Source: Torpedo marmorata (lineage: Eukaryota). From it: a stretch of 64,000 nucleotides of DNA. The stretch is from the NCBI GenBank assembly GCA_977017645.1, contig OZ360241.1:34472001-34536000 (forward strand). The letters are read 5' to 3'. A program made the translations under genes and the position numbers. Positions 40,101-52,900 of the stretch are shown here, piece by piece. Numbering within the stretch: the first letter of the stretch is position 1; each line of letters opens with the position of its first letter. The notes under the pieces are model-generated. The model saw nothing but the letters and a program-made list of their open reading frames with translations, did no database searches and was not told the DNA's origin.

Positions 40101-40883
40101 TTTCCACCACACTCCCTTGAACTTCATTGGGCCACTGTTTCCAATGCTCGCTATAAACTCTCTTGTTTCATTGGAAAATGTATTATTCCACTGTGTATCA
40201 TCTTTAAAACGTGAATTAAAAGTGTGTTGGTGTGTGAAAAGGGTAATATACTATAATCTGAAGAATTACCATTTCACCACTGTATTGTGAAGGATCGTGG
40301 CTGTCACGTGACAGCAATGCCCACTAACTGGTTGGAAAATACACCACCTGACAATGAAGGTTTGGCCCCGCCCCACACATTAGTGCACCCCTTGCTGTTG
40401 GCCAATTTAAATCCCTTTGTACTTGGCCTTGGGCCATTGGCCTTTGTAATCGGCTTAACCGTAATGGCACCGAGCCATTGGCCCCCTGTAAATTACCTGG
40501 TCTGGACTTCCCAGCCCACCTGTACTTGGCCTTTGGCCATTGGCTGTTGTAATTAGCTTAACCATGCTGGCACCGAGCCATTGGCCCCCTGTAAATGACC
40601 TGGGCTGGACCCAACGCCCCAGCCCAGCCCTCCAGCACTATAAAGGGCGCAACGTGTGCTTGAATTGCCCTCTCTGCCATCTTGGGATCACCCTGCTTCA
40701 CTCCAGTCCTAGAACCGTGGAATGGCGTTGGAGAAATTGTTGGTAAGATGTGCACTCTGTTAAAGGGTTGGGAGTGCTTAATTTGTGTCCCTAGTACTAG
40801 TACCATAGAGCCGTGCCTGCACTGAGTAAAGGGGTGGCAGGCATCGTATTGGTTTTCCTTGATTGTTGTATGTACCCAGTTCG

Positions 40884-40919
<36 letters not shown>

Positions 40920-43900
40920 TTCATCCCCGCTGAGATTTTCCCTCGTTCGTCTATAAATTGTACGCGTGTGTTTCATTGCCGATGCGATTTTCCCACGCTC
41001 GCTATAAATTGTGCACGTGAGTTTTATTGCCGGTGCGACTTTCCCACACTCACTATAAATTGTGCGCATATGTGTAAGTACGTTTTAACGGGTAGGGTGC
41101 AATTTCAGTGCTTGCCATAGGCGCTATTTTCCCTAAATACGACACTGGATAACAGTGCCCGAAAATACATCCGATTCTCTGATATGTAATGTGCTTCCCC
41201 AATATCATAACTCAATCTTGTGCAGAAGTATTACTTTTTTCTGAGCAAATAACTTTTCAGAACAAATTAATATCTCAGAAACACAACAACACGAGAAGGC
41301 ATGGACTTATATGGCAAATCTAATTCAAACTAATGGTTTAAACTATTTCAAGCAACAGAAATTGATATTACCTGCAATAAATTGATAACATGGATGATAT
41401 CTATGCCCCAACATTTTAAATGAATCCAGAAAAATGTATGAAATCTTAAGTGATACATTTGCAGGTTACTTGAATTGTCTCTCCATCTATTCCACAGCCC
41501 AGGAAATGCACAAAGCACCAGAGTGTATGCAAACTGCACTTTCAGCAATGACTCTGATCCTCAGGAGGTTAACAGTGTTACATTGTACAACGAGTTCAGA
41601 AAGGACACCAACGGCATCACCTCCTTTCCACCGTATTCACTCGACAGTAACAGCCTCTATGTGAATGGTATTTATCACTAAAAGGAATTGCCTGTTCGTT
41701 TCTTATTTATTACACAAAAGTGAACAAATGTAAAACATTAATGAAACTTTCAATTTTATTCCTTTATTTAATGATATTTCACCTGCTACATGAAGACTAT
41801 CCTTTATTGTTTCAGGTTACCATGAATCCACGCTCTCAACCAGTGAGTACAGTTTTGTTTCTATATTTCACAACATCTTCCCTTTTTACCAGTAGGTAAT
41901 CACTATAAATATCCTGCATTAAATACTCCCTAAATGTGGTCAAATTACAGAATCTCCTTGGTCATGATGCATTGATGGCAAGTGTGTAACAATAGAAAGA
42001 CAATGTGATGTGACCATCCCAATGCCAACAATGCTTTCAGCACCGTTGCTGGCCATACATTCCTTCGTGAATCATAAAACAGTGACCTTTATTACGGCCC
42101 CCAGAATGGTGCAATAATGCAGTCACCCTTCCATCTGTGTTTGTACCATGTTGCACTGCTTATGGGCCTTCTTGCTCTACAAAACGCAAAGGAAATGAAC
42201 GAGTGTTTTGATGATTGGATGAGGATCAGCACAGAAGGCTGAGGGGTGACCTTAGTGAGATATATAAAATAATGAGCGACATGAATAAAGTGAATGCTCA
42301 GTCTTTTTTTTACAGTGAGAGGAGAGGGATTTAAGAGGGACCTGAAGGACAACTTTTTTCACTCAAATGATAATCTGTGTCTGGAACAAGCTGCCAGAGG
42401 AAGCTATAGAATGGAACCATTTAAAAGACTACTGCATTTGCTCTTCTGTTACTTAATCTTTCCTCATATAATTACTATTCCAGCAACAAACAAAGCATCA
42501 TCAAGTGCACAAACAACCACCATTGCAATGGCTTCTACATCGGCTCCGACAATAACTTCAGAAGCATTCATGACAAGCAGCACTAGTGAATTTATGACTG
42601 AATCTGGCACTGCTTTCACTGCAACACCATCTGCAACCACTGGTGAGTACTGTGTGACATAGTGAAAGGAATCGCTCTCAGTCCATTTCACATTATGTCA
42701 TCCTGAAATAATTGAGATGCAACTGATCAAGGCTTTCATCCACTTTGCTTCATAAATTCCAGTGAAAAGCAAATGTGAATAACATTTCCTGCTTTCTTCT
42801 GTTCAAAGAGCAAAGCTGACTCGGCTTTCCAAGTATTCAACACATTATTGTTGAAACAGAAAACTAGAATTGCACCTCATTTGCAATTTCTGCATTTGCT
42901 CTTCTGACCTTAAACCTTCCCTCAACATTACATCTCCACTATTCTAGCAACAACTGAAACATTGAGAAGTTCAGAGATAACATCAACAACAACAGAAATG
43001 ACAACTATAGGCCGCACTAGTGCATTAACAACTGAAACTACATCCACCTCCACGACAGCATCATCTACAACAATAGATGCGTACTGTGCAACAAAGTGAT
43101 GGGAAATAACATCAGTTCATTTCACCTCATGTAATTCGGAAACAACTGATGAAAACTGATGATTTTTTGGACTGACGAGATGGATGCTGGCATGAAATAA
43201 GTCAAGTCATAAGAAACAGGAGTAAAACATGAACGTCTGCAGACACCGTGGTTGAAGTAAAAACACAATGCTGGAGAAACTCAGCAGGTCAAACTTTATA
43301 TGGCAAAGATAAAGATACATAACCAACGTTTCGGGCTTGAGCCCTTCATCAAGGAATGGAAAAATGTCGGCAGCCACCCAAATATACCCAATTGACCTAC
43401 ATCCACTGTACATTTTTGAACAGTGGGAGGAAACTGGAGGAAACCCATGCAGACACGGAGAACGAACAAACTCCTGACAGACAGCATGCGATTCGAACCA
43501 TGGTTCCAGTCGCTGGCGCTGGAGCAGCGTTGTGCTAACCACTACGCTAACTGTGTCACGCTTTGTAGGCAGGCACCATAACCAATATTTCGGACTTGAG
43601 CCCTTCGTCAAGGTATGATCAAAATGTAGGCAGGAGCCCGAGTTCAGGCACCTGTCTACTTTATGCTCATACCTTGATGAAGGGCTCAAGCCTGAAACAT
43701 TGGTTATGTATCTTTATCTTTGCTATATGAAGTACACTGTTTATCCTGCTGGGTTTCTCCAGCATTGTGTTTTACTCATAAGAAACATGATCAGGAGTCG
43801 CCCATCTTGCCTGACGAGCCTCCTCCGCCCTTCAGTAAGATCATGGCTGATCTCGCTGTGGTCTCAACTTACCTGCCTTTTCTCCATAACCTTTCATTCA

Positions 43901-46900
43901 CCTATTATGTAAAAATCTACCTAACTTCATCTTAAATATATTTAATGAGGCAGCCTCTACTGCTTCCTTGGGCAGAGAATTAAGTGCTGATTTAAATATT
44001 CAAATTGGGCCCAACTGTGTCACAGCAACAATAGTCAATATTATCTTCCCCTTATTCACCTCACCTTGTTTCTATCCCCCACTACACATGGGAGGAGGTT
44101 GTCCTGTTGAAACCATCCCAATATTTATGCTTCTGCCATTACTTGGCTACCCCGCAGAGTCTATTCAACAAGACTCAGGAGTGCAATAAGGGATATTAAC
44201 ATCTCATCCTACATAACATATCACTAAAAATTACTTCCAATATGCAGCCGGAGCTGAGACTTGGTAGTGAAGTGCAGGTTCACTTCAGTCAGATGTGTGT
44301 AAATTGGAGGAGTGGAGGTTCAGCACAGCTGGAGTATGGACCAACATTATATTCACATAGTTATCAGTACATTTATAGGTAAAGTAAAGACTGCCTTCCT
44401 GTTCCATGGCCATTGGTGTACAATGTGAATTAACTATCTTGTGCTGCAGAATTATCATCCATTTCAACACCACCAGTAACGGAAACATCTTCCTCATCAA
44501 TTCAAACATTTACAAATGTACATGGGTCAAGTTCAGCAATAATAATGACCTCCAATGAAGCATCCAGCCTGATAACAGGTGAAGAAAGGATTTCTGGAGA
44601 GATGTTACCATTACCTTGGTGTTTCTGCCCAGAAAGCACATTTTAATGCAATCATTTAAAATTCTTATTTGAATTAAAATATCCCTTCAGTTTAAAAAAT
44701 ATGTAGGTCAAGATCAAACCAGGGTCCCTGGAGCTGTGAAGCAAGAGCACTAATTGTACTTCATGATATCATTGTGGTGTAAAATTGGGGGAATATGCCA
44801 TGCAATAATCCCAATAGATTGAAAGAGACAAATGATTCATTTGAAAGACCGAGTCTCCATTTTATTGGGAAAGTGAGCTGCAGTCTGCTGATCCAGACCA
44901 TACACCCTGGGCCAGAAAGAAGCAAGAATGACAGGAATGCATAATGTTTCTGTGGAAACTGAATGGATGTCTTATCATGATATTTTGAAGGCTTGGCCAC
45001 ATTTATGAGGTTCAGCATGCCGCAGGTGGGCATATAGACACTTTTGAATGGAATTAAATTGGGAAGCTTTGCATGTTTCCAGTGAAGGCAATGAATTCTT
45101 GGGATTATAGGAAGATCGGACAAATTTACTGACCTTTTTGGAAATGTAAAAGGAAGGTTCTTCTTTGGATCTCCTTTAATTTTCATTATCCTATTTGAAC
45201 AAGGTTTTTCGTTTAAACTTAATTTTACTTTGTATCTCTTTCTATTTTAGTGGAACCCCCGATTGTACCTAAGACGGTCAAACCAATCGAAACTCAGAGA
45301 AAACTATTTAACATCACATTCAATGTGCTAACACTACCATTCACAGCAAGTCTACAAAATTTGAGTTCCCCATTACATCAGAATGAAGCACGGAACATTC
45401 TTAATGAGGTAAACATAGTATGTATGATATGGATAGAAAATGTGATATTTCATTTTACTTTTTATACTAAAATGTGACATTTTAATTTCCTGCAGCTCAA
45501 TAATCTGTATGCCAACAGCAATGTAAATTTGACATTCTCTAGATGTCAGTCTGTATCTTTCAGGTGAGTAATTATTACTTTGAAAGTTCCAAATTAGCAT
45601 GAATACAAACATATATTCATGCAAAACAGTCTGTATTTTGAATATTACTAAGAACAAGCCACACTACCCTCTCTGCCACAATCTTATGAGTTAATTTCCT
45701 AAGTGCATTATCATACTCAAGTGTTGATTTATATCTTGATTAATGCTGACAGTTCTGACTTGAATTACTGGCATGGAGCAATTTAATTCGCATTAAGTCA
45801 GCAGCCTCAGACAAACCCGGACATACTGGATATAGACAGCTTTGGAAAGTCCAAATTTGTCAATTCACTCCAACATTCACGTTGACATGGAGTTTATTGG
45901 TGCCAGTCTTGCTAAGAGATGCCAGCATTTTGCTGGGCAGTAGCCTCCTGGATACTGTGGAAGTTTAAACCTGGGACAGTACTTGAGAACCAGCTGATAT
46001 CATTGGGAGTTGTAGGGCTAGAGAATAGGAAACGGGAAAAGATAAGTTTGTTATGATTAATTTAATGAACCATTTTCCATATTTAAAATATTATAACTTT
46101 TTTTTACAAATCATTTGCTCTATTTTTCATTAATTTTAAATATCTTGGGAGAACACAGAAATTTACAGACTATTGAAATACTCTCAGTTTTTACAGCCGA
46201 CATCACAACAGGCAGAATTGTCAATAGTTGCCGTGGTGCTTTGTAGGTGGGGCTTGCTCACTGTGTCACTTTAGGCCCCACCACCATTTGGACTGGGCTG
46301 ACAGAGTCCTGGGATTCCTCAGGTCAACCAGACCTGAGAAGTACAGAGATGGGGAGATAACAGGCAGTGATGCCAGGCTAGTGGATTGGTTCACTAGTGG
46401 ATTGGTCCAGCAAGACCTGAACTATCATGTAATATCATCTTATTGGAGAAAAATAATCATACAGAAAACTGAAAGCATTGAAAATACTCAGCAGGTTCGG
46501 CAATATGTACGAAGAGAGAAACTATATCAGCATTTCAGGTTGATTACTGAATAAATGTTCAGTTGATTTTAGAAATCTATCCTTTGAATGTTGTCTATAA
46601 TAATATATCTTGATACCATTATCTGGTATTCAATTATTTGGTTTTGGTTGAAAAGTTTAAGACAAATTAATCACCGGCTCTTTGTTCATGACAGATCTGC
46701 CGGTGACGGTATTAGCACAGTTGAGGCAATATGTATTTTCAAAATCCCTGCTTCTGGCCAGAAAGTCAATAAAGTTCAACTCTACCGTGAATTTCAAAAC
46801 AACTCAGAGGATATCACCATCTTGGGATCATATAGACTGGACAGCAACAGCCTTTTTGTGGATGGTATATTCATATTAATTAAATATCCATTTATTTTTA

Positions 46901-49900
46901 CACTGTTACCTATTGGTATTTTTCTTTTCAGGTACCTCTCTCCAAAATTGTTATTCCAAAATCTCTCTTTTCCCTGTGATGTTCTCACCTGCTTCATTCT
47001 CATTCCTGGTCTTCGGGGCTGCCCTTCTTGTTCTGGCGCCTGAACCTTCCTGTCTGCTACCTGTCTCTCTCAGTCTGCTACCTGTCCCCCGCTGTCCCTC
47101 CCAGTCTGCTACCTGTCCCTCCCAGTCTGCTACCTGTCCCTCCCTGTCTGTTTCCTGCCCCTCTTGTTCAGGAGGATGTGCTTCCCCGACTGCTGCCTGT
47201 CCTTCCCTGTCTGTTGCCTGTCCCTCCCTGTTTGCTGTGAGGGAGCGGGCGGCATGAGGGAGTGGGACAGTGGAGCAGCGTGAGGGAGCGGGCAGCTTGA
47301 GAGAGCGGGGCACGTGAGCGGATTGAGGGAGCGGGGTGGCGTGAGGGAGCGGGTGGAGTGAGCGAGTGCAGCCTGTCAGCTCCACCGGCCGCTCAGTGAC
47401 TGCGCAGCGGGGCGACGGGGCTGTCAGCGTGACGTCAATCATCTTACCTTCCTGTTTGGAGCCGCTTTCATCGGCAATCGTTTTACACAGGAGGTGGAGC
47501 GACTTCGCTCCACCTCTGACACTACCACCCTAGGTGGAGGGAACCTGGAGCTAGTTGGAGCAGCCAATCCACCTTTGGACCTTTTATGCAGGCAAGTGGA
47601 GCGTCTTAAAGGCTGACGAAATCTGTCTTTACAGATCGCTAATTTTCACTATAAATGGGCCTTAAGAATGGCAGAGCTGGCTCTAAAGGCCAATTGGTTT
47701 TTTCTTGCTCAGTCTCTCCTTTCATTGCTGCCTGATACCTGGTGTTCCCCAACCAGAAGCCCTGGATGAATCAAAGAATTCACTACCTGCTGAGGACGAG
47801 AACAAGGGCGTTTAAGGCCGGGGACCGGGATCTTTACAAAAAGTCCAGGCACGACCTGCGGAAGGCCATCTCTGAAGGAAAGTGGCAATTCCGAAGGAAG
47901 CTAGAGACAGAGACAGATACACGCCAGCTATGGTAGGGAGTGCAGTCCATTACAGCCTACGAAGCGAGGGCGAACACTATAGACGTCTATGATGCTTCAC
48001 TACCCGATGAGCATTCTGGCTGGTTGCATCACTGCCTGGTATGGTGGCGCCAACTCCCAGGACAAGAGTAAACTCCAGAAGGTTGTTAACTCGGCCTGTG
48101 ACATCACAGGCACCAAACTTCACTCCATCGAGGACATCTACATGAGGCGGTGTCTTAAAAAAGCAGCCTCTATCCTCAAGGACCCCCACCACCCAGGCCA
48201 TGTCCTCTTCACTCTGCTTCCATCGGGGAAAAGGTACAGGAGCCTAAAGACGTGCACTCAACGGCACAAGGACAGCTTCTTCCACGCTGCCATCAGATTC
48301 CTGAATAATCAATGAACCAAAGACACTACCTTACTTTTCGTGTACTATTGTTTATAATTTTTTTATAGTAATGTCGTTAGAATGGTTAATATGAATGTTA
48401 ATTGCACTATGATGCTGCCGCAAAACACCGAATTTCATGACTTGTTCATGACAATAAAATTCTGATTCTGATTCTGATTCTGATCTGTTGACTCCTCTTG
48501 TCTCTTGCTCTGCTTGCTCATGCTCTTAAGTCCTGGCCTGTTGCCAGATATTCATGCCTGACTTGCTATCTCTGATTTTCTATTACTCCCATGACCTTGA
48601 GTGCATGTGAATCTGGTAACATTCTCCCCATCAAAGTAATAAGTAATTGCAACTTATTGAAAAACAGTTTAACGAACTTAAGTCATGCTTTTCAAACAAG
48701 ATTTTTTTTTCAGGTTACCACGAGTCAGCCGTTTTAACAAGTAAGTGTAATCATTTGATCTCTCTTTAGTTAACATTACCTGAACAAAAATAAAAATGAA
48801 CTTGGATAATACTTCTCCACAAAATTAAAAGTGAACAAGTCATACAAAAAATTTCACAGTAGCCTCGTCTGAGACAGGGATCACGTTCTTTGTTTGGGAG
48901 ACTTAGTAAAATCTTACAGATGTATCTCAAACATAGAAAATGTATCTGAATCTCAACACCACAACATTAGGAGCAGCTTCTACAAACTGATGCAGACAAT
49001 TCCATCTCCTACAAGGGGAGTTCTGGTTGAAATTACACAAATAATGGACAAACTACAGGATTTCAACAGTATAGAATGTAATTTAACAACGTACAATAGA
49101 GACCAACAACATGCTAAATTACACTCCTACATAATAGAAATTCCCAGGTCAACTATCTTCTGGATGGGTTACAAAAATATCAGGAACAGGACTTTTTATT
49201 ATCCTTGGTTGAACATTTTCTCCTTAATGTTAACAGCAAAACCACCAATTCAGACCACATCTCCAGTTTTCCCGATGAATCCCTTTGAATTTAACGTGAC
49301 CTTCGTTATAACTAACTTGGCCTCAACAGTGGACTTACAAAATCCAAATTCTTCGTTGTTCAAATCTGCTACACGTCTTATTGTTGCCCAGGTCAGTTGA
49401 CAATTTAATGATTGAGACAATTAAATGATTACTTGTAGTTTATTTCATCTAACAATCCAACGGTTACTTTCCCACAGCTCAGCCAAATGTATAACGACAG
49501 TAATATCAAAAAAACATTCTCAAGCTGCAAAGTTCTCTCGTTCAGGTAAGGGATCTTGATAATCATCCTTATAAGTTCATGCTTCAACAGTGTGTTTTTA
49601 GTTTTGTAAAATGACTTGAAATTGCAAAAGGATTCCCATTTGCCCATGATAATTCCATCATAAAAGTGAAAGGTTACATAAGATATTGATTCTGTGAAAA
49701 TTGATTTGAAAAGCAAATTCGTGCATTTGCAGAGAGTAACACAATGTCCATGCTGGTGCTTGCAAATTCCTCATGTGCCAAATGCATAATTGTGAGCAGG
49801 AGAGTGGATGTGCACTGCCACATACTGAGGAGGTAAGCAAACATCAGCACAGCACTTCCAGATTCCACAAGACATCTGCATGTTCCAAAGATTTTGCTCT

Positions 49901-52900
49901 CTACTCAGGCAAGTGCTGCCCTTGAGTGCTTGTTAGTCCAGCCACAACATTACTTGAGGGGAACAAGCTCCTTCTCCATCGATAACAGTGCCTGAAGTTT
50001 ACATCCAATTCTCTGACATGTAATGTGCTTCCCCAATATCGTAACTCATTCTTGTGCAAAAGTATTATTTTTTTCTGAGCAAATAACTTTTCAGAGCAAA
50101 TTAATTTCTCAGAAACACAACAACACGAGAAGACATGGACTTATATGCAAATCTAATTCAAACTAATGGTTTAAACTATTTCAAGCAACAGAAATTGATA
50201 TTGCCTGCAATAAATTGATAACATGGATGATATCTCTGCCCCAACATTTTAAATGAATCCAGAAAAATGTATGAAATCTTAAGTCATGCATTTGCAGGTT
50301 ACTTGAATTGTCTCTCCATCTATTCCACAGCCCAGGAAATGCACAAAGCACCAGAGTGTATGCAAACTGCACTTTCAGCAATGACTCTGATCCTGAGGAG
50401 GTTAACAGCGTTACAGTGTACAATGAGTTCAGAAAGTACACCAACGGCATCAACACATTTCCACCATATTCACTGGACAGTAACAGCCTCTATGTGAATG
50501 GTATTTATCACCAAAAGGAATTGTCTTTTCTTTTCTGATTTATTACACAAAAGTGTCCAAATGAAAAAATAATCATGAAACTTTCAATTTTAATTCTTTC
50601 TTTAATAATATTTCACGTGCTACATGAAGACTATTTCTTTTTTTCAGGTTATCACGAATCCACGCTTTCAACCAGTGAGTACAGATTTGTTTCTATATTT
50701 CACCACCTCTTCCCTTTTAAGCAGGAGAAAATAACTATAAATATCCTGTATTAAATACTCGCTAAATGTAGTCAAATGCAGACTCCTTGGTCATGATGCA
50801 TTGATGGCAAGTGGGTAACAATAGGAAGACAATGTGATGTGACCATCCCAATGCCAAAAATGCTTTCAGCACCACGGCTTGCCAGCCATTTCTGCGTGGA
50901 CCATAAAATAGTGACCATTATTAGTTCCCCCAGAATGGTGCAATACTGCAGTCACCCCTTCCATTTGTGTTTGTGGCATGTTACACTGCTTACGGCTGTC
51001 CTGGCTCTGCAAATTGAAAGTGAAATGAATGAATGTTTTGATGCAAGGACATTGCCTGCAATGTCTTTGGGTGATTTGCTTGCTGCGATTTAACAGTTGG
51101 CAATGTGTGCAAACCATGAGTACAGATGTGACACTTGGAACAGTGATTCCATTGTGGGCTCTTGAAATGTTTGGCCTAATGCTGACTGACAGAGATCGTC
51201 AGGTGAGTGATGAAGGTGCAATGTCTAGAGCAGTGTGTCAGCCCCCTGATGCTGTGAGAGGGTGACGACATTTGATGATGAACTCAATGTTGCAGCGACA
51301 TGAGAGGTCAATAAAATTTTTGCTGTCATGATTGTGCCTTTGAAGCTTGCACTGTGTGAAGGGGACCAACAGTTGGCCAGTAATTGCTAAATCGTGAGAA
51401 TTTGGATGGTGCAGAAAATCTATACAGCTCCTGCCCTTGGCTAATTCAACACAGGAAGAACCACACACCAATGGCACATTCCGCTTCAAAGTTCTCACTA
51501 TTTAGCACATAAGAAGTTTAATATTTATAGGTTAGACATCATTATTATCCTCCCAGAAATTCTGTGTGTGCTGTCTTCCTGTCCTTTGAATATCGGAAAC
51601 ATTAGTGGATTGATGATAGACATGTACATATCTCAAACAGAAATGATAGCTGCCAGCAATTAGAGCTACCAATTTGAGAAAATGTACAAGACTGCAACAC
51701 AGCGTTAATCAAAACCTCTTCTGCACCAGAACACCGAATTACAATAGTCAACAATGTTTACAGCATCACTGCTCACTATGAGCGCACACAGTTGGTCATA
51801 ACAGGTTAAACAGTGAGTTTGTGAAAATTAGGAGGTAGCAGAAAATTAGTACTGTTTATTTATTTTGCTGAATTGCACAAGTAGCAATGATTGTTTCCCA
51901 CTCCAATCCAACTGAGAACAATGTGAGGTTTCGTGTTGATGCGTCATTATTATCCTCAACAGAAATTCAATGAAGGTGAATTCTGGCCCCACCTCATGTC
52001 AGGCACACTGATGGAATGCTGATAGACAGATGCATATCACAAACAGAAGGAGCAAACAACAGAAATTAGAGCTACAATACCAATTTGGAGAAATGTTCAA
52101 GACTCCAACTCAGTGTCAATCACAACCTTTTCTGCACAAGGACACAGACAATTCCATGTTCCTGGTTAGACCAGTTCTGAAACTAATAATAAATGCAATA
52201 GACAAAACTGTTGAATACCAACATTATCTCTGCTCTTTGCAGCACATCTGGTCCCATTAGGTTGAACAACAGCAGAAAACATTCTGCTGCCCTTCTGACA
52301 TCCATGATAAACCAATCTTCTGTCTATAGGAACCAAATGATTCAGCAATTTGATGTTTTAACGATCAGATGAATATTTTTTCTCATTTTTCTGCACAGCA
52401 CCACCACCAATTCAGGTGATGAATCCCTTTGATTTTAATGTGACCTTCGTTATAAATGACTTGGCTTCTACAGAGTTCTTACAAAATCCCAATTCTTCAT
52501 TGTACAAATCTACTTCTCGTCTTATTGTTGACCAGGTCAGTTGACAATTTAATAATTGAGATAATTAAATGATTACTTGTGGTTTATTTCATCTAAAACT
52601 CCAACTGTTGCTTTCCTGCAGCTGAACAAACTGTTTAGGAACAGCAAAATTAATAAAAGTTTCTCAAGCTGCGAAGTTCTCTCATTACGGTATGGATTTT
52701 TGATATTCGTCATGATTAATACTTGTTTGTAAACTGTGTGATTTTAGTAAAACTACATGGCACCGTAAAAGCACTCACATTTCCGCATGATAATTCTCAT
52801 GGTAAAAGTGAAAGATCACATAAGCTGTTGTTTTTGTGAAAAATCATTCACAAAATAAAATTGTGCATTTGCAGAGAGTAACACATATTCCATGTTGGTG

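Larger units (their letters stand above)
12978..50700 (+). repeat. Four tandem segmental units of 9.6-9.8 kb (starts ~12978, 22605, 32441, 42225), each PTS-PTS-PTS-SEA-SEA
   Basis: Near-identical exons, introns and TEs recur at offsets of 9627, 9836 and 9784 bp. Confidence 0.95.
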
